A stretch of 64,000 nucleotides of DNA from NCBI GenBank assembly GCA_000320545.1, contig ADNK01000559.1, forward strand, positions 43,723 through 107,722, read 5' to 3'. A program made the position numbers and the translations under genes. This document shows positions 1-15,309 of this stretch, one piece after another. Below the pieces are notes generated by a model. The model ran no database searches. It saw nothing but the letters and a program-made list of their open reading frames with translations, and was not told the origin of the DNA. Position 1 is the first letter of the stretch. Each line of letters opens with the position of its first letter. Origin of the DNA: Bigelowiella natans CCMP2755. Taxonomy: Eukaryota > Protista > Cercozoa.

Positions 1-1639
1 GATAATAATGATGATGCCGAACATGATGGGGATGGTGCTACGTGACCTTTCTTCGGATCTTCTCGCGACAACGTGAGATGGTGGAATGACTCATCGAATC
101 TTTATCATTATAATATTACAAGAGCAGCTTTTAATATGGCCCGTAGGCAGCTGCACTGATAAACCATTCCTATTTTTTACTCCCACCATTACTACTACTA
201 TTACTACTACTACCACTACAACAACAACAACCTGAGCTTGGAAATCAAAGCCCATCCTGCATTCCAATGAAAATCCCTCCTCTTCTTCTCACTGGGATTT
301 GACTTCTGAAAGAGCCTCTCCGCCGCGGCCACAAATCCGCTACTGAGCATATCCGAGACCTTGGAGGAGGAGAGGGAGGAGACGGGGGGGGGGGGGGGGG
401 TGTTATCGATGATCGTATGATCAATCGGTAGAGTGTGTGTATGTGTGTGTATGTGTGTGCATGTGTGTGCACAAATGGGTAGATGATGGCGGTGGCCATC
501 AAATTGATGGTGATGATGATGATGCCACCTGACGCTCGATAGGGGCGAATTTAAGAACGTGTATCTCGTCACCGCTGCCGACCTGGACGACGACAGATGG
601 GATGATGATGATGATGATGATGATGAAGAAGAAGAAGAAGAAGAAAAAAAAAAACGCGAGAAGCAGCAGCAAGCGTGGAAGAAAGCATTTAGCAGAGAAA
701 GAACTTTAACTGCGCTTTTAGTTCGTTTTTCATCTCTCGTTGCGAGTCAGTCCCCCCCCCCTCTCCTCTTCCCCTTCTCATTCGCATCAGCAGTTGTTGT
801 ACTACCACAACTTGGTGTTGGCCGGGGGCTATGAATACGGGGTCTCGCATGCTTTCAAACATCTGAACGTTCTTGTGCTCAAGTAATGACGTCACTAACA
901 CCTGTGCATCAAGGGAGGACGGCGACGATGAAGGACGTTATCTTTCGATCCTTAACATCCTGATAAGCAGCAGCATGCACACGGCTGTTCTTCTATGACG
1001 CGCTACTACCGTTCCATTGGAGAGAATGCTTATGAGGTAATCGCTAAAGACAAGACGACAGCACAATACAGCAACAACAACAGCAAATACGAAGGAGGAG
1101 GACGTAAGTGATGATGACGGGTGATTTCGATAGTATCAGCAATTGGTAAAGATAACGATCATGATGGTGATGGATATGATGACGATTATGCTGTCAATAA
1201 GAGGTGTATTGCAGCGACGACCGATCCAAAAGTAACATTCATCAAGAGAAGCATCAGCATCATCATCATCATCGTCAACGCCATTAATTTCATCAATCAT
1301 GAAGGTTTTCCATACTCGAGATGAGAAAAGATGATCGGTATCTCGGGGAAACTGATGATTCCCTGATTCAAACAAGCACCCATCAGAGTAGTGCAGATAA
1401 GGGGGGGGGGGGGGGCACTTTTGAAAGAGCATATGTTCATTACTAATAATTTCATCATCTTCTTCTTCTTCACTATCAGCAGCACCACCATCATCAGAAT
1501 AAACTCTATACCCTATTCGCCGGATTCCCGTTACTTTTAAGGAAAACCTATGGAAAGATGCAACATTCTCGTGGGAACAACGATGAATCAATCTGTGCTA
1601 ACGATCGCCTGCATTACTCTAGTATTTATAACAACTTAT

Positions 1640-1680
<41 letters not shown>

Positions 1681-1965
1681 AACTACAATTGAATTATCTT
1701 GAACCGACCCCAACATTCGATGTAGCAGAAACGAGCATTTCCTTGCCCACCTACGGGAGGAGGGGGGGGTATAGTAGTGCGTTTATGTTGGGGAAGCCGA
1801 AGCAGAAGCAACAGCAAAGGCTCGAGGGGAATGTCTCACAGCTTTGAGCAATGATTCTCGTAAAAATACTTTAGCAATAATAATACCGAATGCATGGCCA
1901 CATTGCCCTCCGTAGGTACTTCTAAATCTGTCATCTGAAGTAGTAGAAGAAGAAGAAGAAGAAGA

Positions 1966-2004
<39 letters not shown>

Positions 2005-2126
2005 CGATCAAGTTTGAAGACACTCTATGATGCCATGAGGGGACAGGGCATATCCATAAGCGCGAATATGTACATGAATTTATGCAAACATGTGCGAGAA
2101 TAGATGCCACCACCAGCAGTACCCAC

Positions 2127-2169
<43 letters not shown>

Positions 2170-2494
2170 GTACTCTCACTCTCACCTTTTCCTCCGGAGC
2201 ATAAAGGATGCTGTAACGTGCTTTGAAGCCTATTATTGCGCATACATGGAGCAGCAGCAGCAGCAGCAGCAGCAAGAGATTCTCTCGATAAGAGGGGGAG
2301 CAGCGATTACGTATTAAGTGAGATGTCGAGAGTGTGTGCCTGATTTTAACGTTAGCTGTTTCATCATCATCATCATCATCATCATCATCGATCGCACCTA
2401 GACCGAGATACTCGCTCTTGCCCAACCTGATCATGCAACACCAATTAATGTGTCGCTTCCTAGTTTCTACATCTCTCCCTCTCCCCCTCTCCAA

Positions 2495-2538
<44 letters not shown>

Positions 2539-3186
2539 AGAACGAACGCTCTTTATGCTGATCGATTAGGTTGACTAGAGGTATCGTGTTTTTCATGCTG
2601 GCTGATTCGTGTTGTGGTGGTGCTGCTGTTTTGACCATTCCATGCACATCACATGCTCAGGAACCCCAAGCTCACGGTCCTAAAACGAATTGATTGATTG
2701 GTGGGTTGATTAGTTTATACTACGATGCGTGTATGCATCTGTGATAAAGCGCAGGGAGTGATTACTTACGGAGGATATCGACTGATAAATATAACGTGCA
2801 ATATTCTGTTTCTGCATGCAATCAGCTCATCGTCATCAACATCGTTTCCATCCCTATCATCCTCATAAACAGTACCCGAAGGTATGCCCTTTGATCCTCG
2901 TCCCACATGGCAATCATTATCTTCTTGGCTAGAGGAGGGGGGGGGATATTGATATCAAGCAACTCGGAAAACCGTTTACGATAAAAATATTCAAATTGTT
3001 CATATTTGCGGGTGTGTTTGTGTGTATGCAGTGGTTATCTTATGTTCGATTCTGCTAGTCTGAAGACAGTTTATGTCACTCTGTGCAAAGGTAATAATCA
3101 TATAACTTCTACGTCGCCAAACAATACACCCTTCCCTCCTCCTCCTCCTCTCTCTCTCTCTCCCTCTCTCTCTCTCTCTCCCTCTC

Positions 3187-3241
<55 letters not shown>

Positions 3242-3500
3242 CATATCCCTGCTACCGTACTCACCTCGCTTGACAGCCAAACAAATGTCCCATGGCTTGG
3301 ATCTCATCACGCAAAACATACTTATCTGTTCCAGAAGCAGGGAGGAGGGTGGCAGCAAATATATAAGAACATCTTTATTCTCGTGGTAAATTCATAGATG
3401 CAGCTCTTTATAATATATACTGACAGGAGATATTGCCATCACGCGAACTCACCTTCGAGGTTTGGTTCCAACCGGCTAAGGAGTCGCGGATGCCTTTGTT

Positions 3501-3541
<41 letters not shown>

Positions 3542-3561
3542 AGACAGACAGACAGACAGAC

Positions 3562-3604
<43 letters not shown>

Positions 3605-4285
3605 TATTACTCCACAGCAAGGTGGGAAAATAAAAAGTCGTATAATCGGATTCTCTCCGGATGTGTGCACGCACAAATTGCCGGTGACAAATGGGAAGGG
3701 AGGGGGAGTACAGCAAAGCAACACACTGCCCATTCTCTTTTTTCTGATCGTTATCAACACAACCAGGGTCTTTGCATGAGCTAATCTTCCTCAAGGTTCC
3801 GGGATTGTGATATCTGTTTGTGGGGAGAGGAGGGGAGGGGGGGGAGGTTAAAATAAACAAATAATAAATCGAGGCGGGTATATGTATGGATTATGAAAGT
3901 TGTGGTGGTGATGACGAAGACAATTGAAACAATGGTGTAAGTAAGTCATTCAGTGACTATAAGCTTGTTGTCTTTCTTACGTTAGTTTCCCATCACACAA
4001 TGCAACCAGTATTTTCAGGTCGTCAATCATCTAATAAAGAGACAAAGCGTGAAAAAAAGGGATAATCATCTCATCATCCTTATCATTATCATCATTTATT
4101 CAGAATAGTTTCTTCTTCTCCTCCTCCTCCTCCTCCTCCTTCTCCTCTTTTCTACTCCGTCATCATCCTCCACACACCTGTAGCTGTTCCACCGCCTTTG
4201 CACCTTTAGGTATATGATATTGTCAATTTGAAGGAAGCGTGAAGGAGGAGCCACGATTCCCTCGTAAGTAACTTCCCCCCCACCC

Positions 4286-4330
<45 letters not shown>

Positions 4331-4550
4331 TCTCTCTTCATGAGCTACCTATACGCGTTTTGATCGGAAAAGCTCCATGTTGATCTACAAGAACCACATA
4401 TCCTGCAAATTGATTGGACGGAAGTATCATGAACGATAGATCGAAAGAAGAATAGTAGGGAGATAATGTTTATGATTATTTAGTGCTACCATTGGCGGTT
4501 CCTATGAAGGTTTTGTCATCTCCCTGCGTTAACACATACAAGTTTCGATA
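1..4550 (+). other. Probable intron-rich protein-coding gene, 5'-truncated by the window; product unresolved
   Basis: Complex-sequence islands lie between microsatellite tracts. Several are bounded by pyrimidine tract+AG and GT on + (e.g. ~3428-3460 EILPSRELTFE; ~3618-3682 ARWENKKSYNRILSGCVHAQIA; ~2000-2070 LKTLYDAMRGQGIS, weakly PPR-like). I could not build a phase-consistent model and the strand is not certain. Confidence 0.25.
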
Positions 4551-5005
4551 AGCGTCGCAAATTTTTTGAGTGGCAGTTGGAGAACTATTTTGGACAACAA
4601 CTTTGGCAAATTCTCTTACAGTTGCTATTTTTTGTTGTGTGTGCTGGTGCGGACAACCATCGCGGCGAGTGCTGTGATCTTGTTGCTGTTAATCTTTTTC
4701 AGACTCTCGGGGGTAACGAGAGTCTTTTTCTCAAACACGCTCACCTGATGACAAGGACAGCACTTAGTGGATGGTTGCGGCTGAATGTCGCTCATAGAGA
4801 TTAGATCCCCGTTAGCTCACTACGTGTAGGGTGCGTTGTATATGATGGGATGAAACCTTAAACTTTATCGAAGGCGAGTCGCTGCGTTTTTGGTCATTTC
4901 CTGCGATAGACCGACTAATCGACCTGCATAAATAAGAACGTCATAGTGAGAAATGGTTTGTCCGAATGATATAAATGATGATTTCATTGCTGATGAGTGG
5001 GGTTC

Positions 5006-5104
5006 GGTGATCAGCGACTGGATTTTTCTCGTCAAAGATACAGAAGTGTATCTCAAGGAGTTTACTCATTTTGTCATACATCATCTCAAGAATCATCCGA
5101 GCGA
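5006..5104 (+). repeat. 99-bp dispersed repeat, copy 1
   Basis: ggtgatcagcgactgg...aatcatccgagcga matches 57659-57757 with one mismatch seen (cagaaGtgta vs cagaaTtgta). Confidence 0.9.
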
Positions 5105-5910
5105 GATCGTTAATTAATATTGCCCATGAGATCTCGACGGATTTTGAATTCTTCCCTTCTCTGGGGAGCATTGTTTGCGAAAACGATATTAAGTGTGCGC
5201 GTATAGTATGGATACACACAACCGTCGACATGCATCAACGATTTTTTGCATAAACACCTGCTCAGAAACCTCGAGCCAGATCTCATCGTCGTGATTCTAG
5301 CTCACACTTATCTGCGTAACGATTCCAAAGGTGATGAGATTTCTTCTCTCTGAGGCTTTCCCTTCAAGCAGGAGGATCGGTTCAGTAGGGTACTCAGCTC
5401 AATCTAACTCGCTTCCCCTTTGTTGCATACAATTATCTGTGCGATGGCGCCCACGAGGAGCAGGGAAGGCTCGTAAGGTAAGATTCACCTGCCAACGAAA
5501 TGTCAGCAGTACAAAGCTAAATTTGTAGAGAAATATTGGCAAAATAGCATTAAATTAAATACTACGACTAGTACTTGAACCGATAAAAAACAAATAATAA
5601 CATCCTATATGGTCCCATGAGCTAAGGACGAAAGCTGGATGTTTTCGTCATTATTTATTGGTAATTTCCAGCTGAAATTGGGTGATATTGTTAGATCCTT
5701 GCCTTGTCTCATGCCTTCCGTCTGAGACGCACGGTAATCTTTCTATCTCTGCAAATATCGGTAAGAAGACCAATAAATATTAGCCAATTGACCCACCTTG
5801 ATTGTTAATCATTACATGATATTTGTAGAGTACGACAAGTGATTTAGAGGGAAATATAAACTTTAATTGGTCCTAATTTATCTCACTTTTCCTCTTGACA
5901 AGCAGCTGAA

Positions 5911-6339
5911 ATGGCGTCAAGTGCGAAGAGAACCCCTACGGACTTCCTGAAGACCGTCCTCGGACGGCCTGTATGCGTCAAGTTGAACTCAGGATCAGAA
6001 TTTAGAGGTATCACATCCAAAGAAAGGGAACTGGTTTGAGATTTTCTCTTGACATGGAACGGGCGTGCACAATCAAATTAAACAAATTCTGAGAAAAGCT
6101 TCGGTCTAGGTATCCTTGCGTGCCTGGACGGATTCATGAATATCGCAATGGAACAGACGGAGGAATATGTAGATGGACAACTCAAAACAAAATACGGAGA
6201 TGCCTTCATTCGTGGAAACACAGGTATGCAAAATGATGCAGCAGCATCCTTAACTCATCTTGCTCACTTTGTACTTTTTTCAGTGCTCTACATTAGTACC
6301 CAGAAACGAAGACAAAAGACAAGGAAAAAGAAAAACTAA
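5911..6339 (+). CDS. LSM6: U6 snRNA-associated Sm-like protein LSm6 (3 exons: 5911-6007, 6110-6223, 6284-6339)
   Basis: GT-AG splicing gives MASSAKRTPTDFLKTVLGRPVCVKLNSGSEFRGILACLDGFMNIAMEQTEEYVDGQLKTKYGDAFIRGNTVLYISTQKRRQKTRKKKN, with Sm1/Sm2 motifs typical of LSm6. Confidence 0.95.
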
Positions 6340-6729
6340 ACTACGTATACTGACTATTTCAAAGGAAAATCCTTCATGCTGCAGTCCCGCGAGTGAATTC
6401 TAACTAGATTTGCGAAGAATGCAGATGTATTGTTTTCTGAATGAACAAAGTCCAATGCTCTTCACCATCCTAGGATGGGGTTTCGTTTTGATAATATTTA
6501 TTTATCGTTGGCACTATATCCGTCGGTCCACGCATTATAATGATTGCATTTGTCTCTGTGTAGCGCAGACTTTCTGTCATCTATGAACATTGCAAATGCT
6601 CTGACAGAAAGCATTGGGAGAAATAGATGTATCTGGATATATTGCATATGCACATTGTAAACTCGTATAGAGATATGTAACTTGCAATAAATGCACATCC
6701 GTCTCCATATACAAAATGGAGAGGGGGGG

Positions 6730-7500
6730 GGGGGGTGGAGCGTAGCGGAGGCGGCTCTACCTAGCTACGTACAGTCTAGAGCTACGCACTATAGCATGCC
6801 TATGATGCCTCCTTGCATGTGTTGTGTACGCTGTACATGCGCATTGCAGAGCGACCATGCTGTGATGTCAAGAGCACATGTATGCAATGTACATACATTG
6901 TGCTATTCGACATCTATGGTAGCGCACATTTATCTATACATAGCGATGCTATGCTAGCAGCTAGCATGCGTATGTGTGGATAATATGCATGCATGCTAGA
7001 ATGTGTTGTGTCCATTATCGACGCGCATTGTATGTTGATGAGGATGGTAGCTACGTACCACCATGCAACGTCATCGCAAAATCGACGCGCAGCTACATAG
7101 AGCCACGTGCTCGCGCTAGCAGGCTGCTCTGTAATCGCTAGCCTGATCGACAAATGCCGACAGCGGCATGCTGCAAGCTATACGCGCGTACACGCACTAG
7201 CTGCTAGACTGTTCGTTGGATGATGTGGCTTATGGGTGCGTGGTAGCTAGTAGTCGATCTGTATGCAAGCGACATAGCAACATCTACGTACTTGATCGCG
7301 ATTGTGCATGCTACATGAATCTTTCTCTTAGTTGCTTGTACAACGATGACAGTAGTTAGAGCATGACAGTCGCCTTGTCATACATTCCACATCTAGTGCG
7401 CAGGGCACATATACTAGTATAGTATAATAGTAGCTACGTCTGGACGTGGCGCGTCCAGCAGCCATAAAGATGTCGGAAGCTAGCATAAAGTCGCATCGAA
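6730..7500. other. CATG/TGCA/CTAG-rich convergent intergenic zone 1 (LSm6 -> <- hydrolase)
   Basis: Dense gcatgc, gctagc, ctag, tgca and gtac words; no ORF with a recognisable product; lies between two 3' ends. Confidence 0.7.
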
Positions 7501-7701
7501 AGCAACAATAAATGGCAAAATGATTTTGTTTCAGGATTACACCGGCGAAGCATGGAGACCTTCAGTTGTTACAAATTATAAGCTTGTTATTGTTATAGAA
7601 TGTACATACATTATATTAAGCAAGTTTCTTGCCTTAGTCATTCGATTACTAAATTTTTATTTATAGACACACATACGTAGATAGAACTGTCATCATATAG
7701 A

Positions 7702-9501
7702 CTAGCGACGATTGCGGAGTTGCTCTAAAAAGTTTAATACTACACTTTCTGTCCATTCAGGACACCATCGTTTTTCATTATCGGCAGAATTGGCTTCTAC
7801 CCAGCCCAGATGCCCCCCATGCTTTGTAGTCACCAGCATGAGATCATCGTTCGAAATAATCTGTGATTCGGGAATGCCTCCATCCGGAATAAGTGGATCA
7901 TCCAGGGCTGAAATCATTATAGTTGGGATCTGAATATCTGCCAATCTTTGCTCACTTGAGGAGTCTGCATAATATGCGTCCACAGTTGGGTACTCAAAGC
8001 TCTTTATCGTCAATTCTGCATCAATCTCACGCACTGTCCTTGCATTTAGCAGTTTTTCCAAGTCCAGGTCGATGGGTTTCCCTGAGATTGACACTGGCTG
8101 CATTTTCTGAAACACCTCGGTATTTTCACGTATCTTGCTGATGAGCTTTCTTGTCAAGGCCCGGTCGTAAACAAGTTTCGAAAACGGACGTCGGAAACCA
8201 CGATCTGCAGCCGGCATGTCGAAGGGGCAACACAGAGTGGCTGCAAGATCGATACGATGGGCTGGGCCGTAAGAAGCATCAGTTTCTTGCAACGCTGCAT
8301 AGTTGTTGACAATAGTTGCTCCATTGCTCCACCCGCCAGCGGCTACAACCATTGGCTCTGAGGAATCTTCATCTCGGAGATAGGTGCGCATGTATGAAAC
8401 CGCTTGTCGCATGTCGTCAACTGATCCGCGCATAGCCGAGAAGAATCTTGGAGAAGTTATCGGACTGTTTCCGCAACCTCGCATATTGAGCACCGCAACG
8501 TTCCAACCCCTGTTCGCTGCAGATGCACACATGCTTTGAACGTAGCTGTCCTCGCTGATGGTAAGTGCATCAAATTAACCGATTTAATTATTTATCCGTA
8601 AAATGCATAGATATTAACAGAAAGAGCATTAGGTATCAGCTGTTGCGAAACAAATTCCTCGGTGTGACTCCAATAAAATATGAATTTATTATGAAAAATG
8701 TCGGACCTTCCTCCTCCTAGCCCAGATACGAGTAGTAGCCATTGATTCGGATTTTGTTCAGTCCGTCGTTCTGGAATACAATCCTCACAAACCGGCCACT
8801 CTCTCAGTATATCAAGAGCCAAACGTCCGTCGTCAGCTGTTTTTAACAGGACTCGTTCGAACCTAGATTTCGAATGCACTCTGTAAGTGTGGAGAGCAGC
8901 GGTGGTTGAACACAATGAACTCTAATGAAATTAGATTACCGAACACATGGTGCCTTCCGTGCTGTAGAAGCGAAGATAGTGTGTAGGTGGGAGTTTTCCA
9001 ACCATTTTGGCGATCTATACCAGTTTTCGTAGGACAGAAGTTCTGGGATGTTCTCTGCAACCCTGATTTGAATCTTACATGAGAGTACATTCTGACTAGT
9101 TTGATATATCTAAATTTTGGTTATTAATTTACCCCAGGAGTTTTGACGATGGAGAGCATATAATACCTTCCGATTTCGGATCGATAGTCATCTGGAGAAG
9201 CCGTATCATTGTATCATCGAATGACAGATGGCTTTCTCAGGCAAATGATATATCTTACTGTGTTGATGGGATGTATGGAGCTCCGTAATGCAAATTTATC
9301 GCGGGAGGCACGATGAATAAGACGCTGAGTCCAACAGTGGGGATGAAAATTCGACCGCAGTGATTGGGGCGATCGTGTCAGCATCTCCCCCTTCTCGAGA
9401 ACACTTAATGCAGAGAGTAAAGCGAGGACTAGGAGGCCAGCGACTTTAAGATAACGTCCGTTTAGAACTCCAAAGACACCATCCTTATTGGTCAGGGTCA
9501 T
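7702..9501 (-). CDS. Alpha/beta-hydrolase, ABHD1/3-YheT-EMB8 family, with bipartite (signal+transit-like) leader; multi-exon
   Basis: Family motifs NPHLYTIFA-like (TPTYTLSSLL), DDGRLALD, LLVSGLGG, VLNMRGCG, nucleophile elbow GWSNG, SALDDP, HGGHLGW. N-terminal hydrophobic stretch LKVAGLLVLALLSALSV is followed by an R/S-rich segment. Confidence 0.88.
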
Positions 9502-10205
9502 TTCAGGATCGGGGCAAGGTGACAGACGACGTGGCCCTCGCCCGTCTTATGAACTCGGACGGAGGAATTAGTTAGGGTTTGAGAAGGGCAATGACGCACC
9601 GGATCATGCCGTTTTCCAGTGGATATCAACCCATTTGACGTGTCACATGTGAACAACGGCTTATAATTTATAAAGGCGACAACATATCAATTCTCTCATT
9701 GAGAAATATAATAATTGGATAAATTCGGCCTGCGGTAGGGGCGCTTTTTTAATTATTGCTTCTGAGCTCCGACAAGATTCATTTGGGATCCGAAATTTTT
9801 CCTAGATCTACTACATGTAGGGGTATGAAAAGGCGTTTTCCAAAAAATGACGTTCGCTTCCAAGTAGAAGTAGTTCTATTTTTAGACTGCGACAGCGACA
9901 TCCAAGTACATTGTCAGATCGAAAAATGATCCACTTAGAACCGAATTCTGTAAAATCACATGGAATCACATAATGAAATGCCGCATGATTGTTGTCGCAA
10001 CTCTCGATTATCCTTTCTCCTTCGATAAGAATCGTAATGGGATATTATTGTCATCATTGATTTTTCCTCCTTCCCCCACAGACTCCCACAGTGGGACAGC
10101 GCGCTTTGAGCATCAACTCAAGCCATCATCCATTGACCTCATTGTTTTGACCCTTTTGTCTGTTGTTCGAGACAGCAAATCTAACACAAGATTCAAGTTC
10201 ATCCC

Positions 10206-11192
10206 ATGACCACCCCAAAGACCCATGTTTACGGTCAGCAACCGTCAAGCTCCAACAACCCTCCTGTAGTAACAGCAGCAGTTGTAACGGACAAGAAAGT
10301 TGACGACACCCCCTTGCTGTACGATGCCCCAGCTTTGTATTACCCTGATGGTAAAGACACGAAACAGTTACCATTCGAATCCCTTGATGTGGAAGGGGAG
10401 TTCTACATTGCGCAGGTACTCTTGTTGCAAAATCCATGTAACATTTACTTGAATGGTTCGACGATTTCACTCTTCTTACTACCCCCCCCCCCCCCGCGCC
10501 CCGCCAACAGGCATTTCTTACGTACACCTTCAAGTTCAGAAATACCTCCAAAAAGAAGCTCACTGGACTTTTCGCATTCCCTACGGAAGGGACCGTCACT
10601 CACTTCGTGAGAATCTCTAACTGCTTCACTCTCACTTCACTCTTTGCTGAGAATAATTAACGAACACGCACACGCACACGCACACGCACACATGCACTCA
10701 CGCTACCAGGAGGCTGTGTTCCCAGACGGGCGAGTAATCGACACGGCTGTGATTTCTAAGGTTGAGAAGGGCTCCATGTTTTTGCTTGCAACTTTTAAAC
10801 TACAGTACTTGAGCAACACCCAACAGATATAATTCTGATGTTGTTTTAGGACGACATGAAAAACATGAAGCAACAAAAAGCAAAGGGACAGAAGGAAAGC
10901 CAACAGTTAGCCCAACTTGCCGAGGGGGTATCGCCAGCAACTACCATCCAACGCCTCTCCTTATGATAATACTCTCAATAATTTTCTCACCCTTGCAATT
11001 ACGAGTCAGTGATTCACATGCAGCATGCCTTGCTGTCTCACCACCACAGGTTCCAGACCTCTTCCGTGTCCCAGTACAAGGGATAAAGAAGAACGACACG
11101 GTCATTGAGAATATAAGTGTTTCTAGACGCAGCAGCTGAAGCAATATTTGTTTCAATGTTGCAAACATTGCCTTCATTGTCGGACCATCACG

Positions 11193-11226
<34 letters not shown>

Positions 11227-11416
11227 CCATCGTTTTCCCCACAGATAACAATCACTGTGAGGATTTTGGAGACCTGCGAGTTGCGACCCGACCAGAGATA
11301 CCACCTTGATCTAAAGTAGTAGGAGTAGCGAATAGTAGAGGATGGTGATTGGAAACAATGGGAGGGGGGGGGGGACAGGGTTTTGTTTGAATTCTAGACT
11401 GTTAACATGCGGTGGT

Positions 11417-11456
<40 letters not shown>

Positions 11457-13310
11457 TAAGTGTGTGTATGTGTGTGTGCCCTATCCCCGCTCCTCATCAT
11501 CGAGTACCACCTTCCTTGTTTTCATCGTTGCCATCATCATCATCACCATCATTCATCATCATCATCAGCAGCAGCAGCAGTAGTCGTAGTAGCAGTAGTA
11601 GCAGCAGCATCTCCATTCTTATTATTATTGTTTATTTTTGTCAGCACCAAGTTCCCCCCCGGAATCGCTGAGGGCACCATCAGTGTACAGTTCCAGATTC
11701 ACACCGGCTTCCCGCGCGAGTTGAACTACTATTCTGACACTCACCTCATCACCAAGCGAGATAGCGCAAATGGTGCCGCACACTTCCTTAGTCTCACGCC
11801 CAAAAACGTCGACCCTAGCCCCATTCGGTTCTCGTACTTCATGCCGTCAACGGAGATCATGGGAGCTTTGATTCAACAAGACGGAATTATCAATGCGTGG
11901 GATCCACGAGGCAGCTTCATGCTTTTCCTCACTCCCCCTTCCCATACCGTTCCACCATTTCCAAAGGACGTCATCTTCTTGGTATCTATTCTTCCTCTCT
12001 CACCTTCTTGCCACGAGCACTCAGTTCTTTTTTTGGTGATGTGCAGCTGCATAAATCTACAACGCGCTTCTTTTGGGGTGTATGCTGTGTGTGTGTGTGT
12101 GTGAGAGAGTGTGTGTGTGTGCGTGTGTGCCACATACACACATTGTAGCTCATTCTCTTCTTCATTCGCTGCCTTCCCCCCCTTCCCCCCCCTCCTCCTC
12201 CTCCTCCTCCTTGGTTCTCTAATTCCTAGGTGGACAGATCCGGTTCGATGGACGGAGAGCCATTCAAGTTGGCTACGGAGGCACTTTCAAGTGCGATGAG
12301 CATGCTAAACCCGCAAACTGACACCTTTTCTCTGGTCATGTACGACCACGAATTCAAGCAATCAATGGCCTCGAACGGCATGCTACAGCCTGCGACACCC
12401 CAGAATGTGACATCTGCGATTAATTACATGAAGCAGAATGGACCTAGGGGGGGGACGAACATCGAGGTGCGCGTCTGTGCTCGTGTGCTGCTTTTGCGCC
12501 TCGCATGCTGCCCTTGTGGGTGTGTTGATACGTAGAAGTACCATTATCATGGCAACGTCGTTTATCGACTACTACTATCGTCGGTGCTATCTTTCCTCCT
12601 CCTGCTGGCCTGACCTCGCCTTTTTGTGTCTTGATGGTGCGTCGTTCCCGCCTTGCTCACCTACCTTGTTTGTTGTACACACACAATTTGCAGGCCCCGT
12701 TAATGTGGTCTTTGAACACGCTGGGAAGAGCTTCCAAGGAAGCTCCTCAGAGAGTGTCGCTCAAATCCGTGGTTCTTATCACAGACGGTTGCGTCGCTAA
12801 CGAGAAGAAGATGGCTAACGATGTACAGAGGTAAGTTACGTTGGTGGTGGTGGAAAGGACGATGATTAGTGCCATCTATTGTAGTAGCAGTGCCATTGTG
12901 GACGTGATAGTAATATTATTATCGTTGGCAGGAGGAGGAGTAGCAGCAGTAGTAGTACTATTATTATTCTTATCTTTTTTCTAATTAGCATGCGCATGAT
13001 AGAGCACAACGATCATCGTATCGATATACATCGTACCATCATATATTTTAATTTTGCTTCTCCTCCTCCTCCTCCTCCTCCTCCTCCTCCTCCCATCTTC
13101 CTCTTCCTCATCATCTTCCAGACTGATGCAAGATCCCGATTCCCGTTACACGCGCATTCATACGATCGGCCTTGGGCAGTACTGCAACCACCAGTTCCTC
13201 AAGATGCTTTCCCTCGTCGGGCGTGGCTTCAATGAGAACATCATCAATATCTCGCAAGAAGGCATTGTCGCGCGTCGCACGTAAGTTTGCCTGCATGTTA
13301 ATGCGTAATC

Positions 13311-13349
<39 letters not shown>

Positions 13350-13571
13350 AATATATATCTGAGCCGCGTATTCCTATCACTCTCTGTTCTTCATCTTCTT
13401 CTTGTTTATCTTTTTCGCAGGATGCGACTGATGCACTCCATGGCCAACCCCGTGCTATCAAACATTACCCTTGCAATGGCGGCGGAGGGCGTTGAGCTGT
13501 GAGTAAACCAGCACCGAGCTACTTACTAACATCACAAACCTTACGCAAGAAGAAACCCAATATTACATACT

Positions 13572-13611
<40 letters not shown>

Positions 13612-14450
13612 AATTGGAAGACCATAACCAGTAATATCATCAGCATCATCACGTCGCCACCACCACCACCACCACCATCATAATCACATGAATCATCATC
13701 GCCATCATCATTACTATGGTTACGATAAGACACTGATGGTGGATCGCATCGCACCTCCCCCCCCCCGTCGTCTAGATACCCTTTCCCCATCCCGGATCTG
13801 TTCAAGGGGGCGCCATTCGTGGTCGCTGGCAAGTACACTGGCACGTTTCCCGAGAGCATCACGGTCCAAGGCTTCCTACCGGACGGAAAAGAATGGAAGA
13901 AGACAATCATCACCACGAAAGCTCAGGCCATTCCAGTGGAGCGTGTGTTCTCAAAAGCACGTAATGATAAAGCAGCAGTTAGCAGCCCCTGACTCCTCCC
14001 CCTCCCCTTCCCCTGCTGCTGGCACAATGATGCATCAATCAATCAATCAATCAATCAATCAGTGTCCCGATTTACATATATCTATATCCTTATTTGCTCG
14101 GAGATTATCAGCTTCTTTTTTAAATTAATTTGCTGGCGAATGTGGGCGAAGTTCCCGCTGCACATTTCCTCCCCCCTCCCCCCCCCCTCATACCCCTCTT
14201 AATCTCTTATCTGACGATCTGCGTGCGTGATAGGTATTGATGACTTGACGGCGAAGTACTGGCTAACAGATGACGAGAAGATTCGGGAGCAAATCATTGA
14301 GCTCTCTGTGCAAGAAAGCATGCCCTCAGCGTACACCACGGTACACTGCATCTCATCTAATATTACCATCAGTCCCAACAGCAGCACGCACCACCACGCC
14401 CATTATCATCAGCCACCAGCCACTACATTGTTGACTTCTATCTGCATTGA

Positions 14451-14495
<45 letters not shown>

Positions 14496-14727
14496 AACCC
14501 CTCCTCCTCCTCCTCCTCCTCCTCCTCCTCCTCCTCCCTCCTTCCTATCTTTAACGCCCTTGTTCCTGGCCAAGGTGGTTGCATACGAGACGACGGTGGA
14601 TAAACGCGACAAGGAAGAGAAGGAGCGAAAGCAGAAGAAGAACAAGTCACCATCTGCAGGGAAGGCTGCTATGATAGGGGCTCTGGCAGTAGGAGGCGTC
14701 CTTGCCATAGGTATATTGCACATAATA

Positions 14728-14771
<44 letters not shown>

Positions 14772-14790
14772 TACGTATAATAATATTAGT

Positions 14791-14849
<59 letters not shown>

Positions 14850-15275
14850 TCATATTTTGATTATGCTCTTCCTGCTAGGTGCCGGGGTCTATCTCCTCGG
14901 AGGATCAGGCGCAATCAACGCTACCGCGCAAGGAGTCGGTCATGCCAGTACCGCTGCTGCAAACGGTATGAGTAGTAAGTAGGTGTGACGATAACCAATA
15001 AGACGGCATTAAAGAAGCACAATATTGACTATAATAGCCCCGTCCTCTACCTCCTTCCCCGCCATCGTCAAATAACTCTTCTCCCGCTCGTGCAGCAATT
15101 GGAGATCTTTTCGGCAAAGCGGGCGACTGTTGCGGCGGTTGTTGCCACGGTTTGTTTCAGTCATTCGATCCTCTCTGCGGAAGCCTTGAGCCGGTACTTT
15201 CCATGACGTATGTATGCATGTATGTATGTTTTGTATGCATGCATGTATGTATTGTGTGCATGCGCGCGCGAGAGA

Positions 15276-15309
<34 letters not shown>

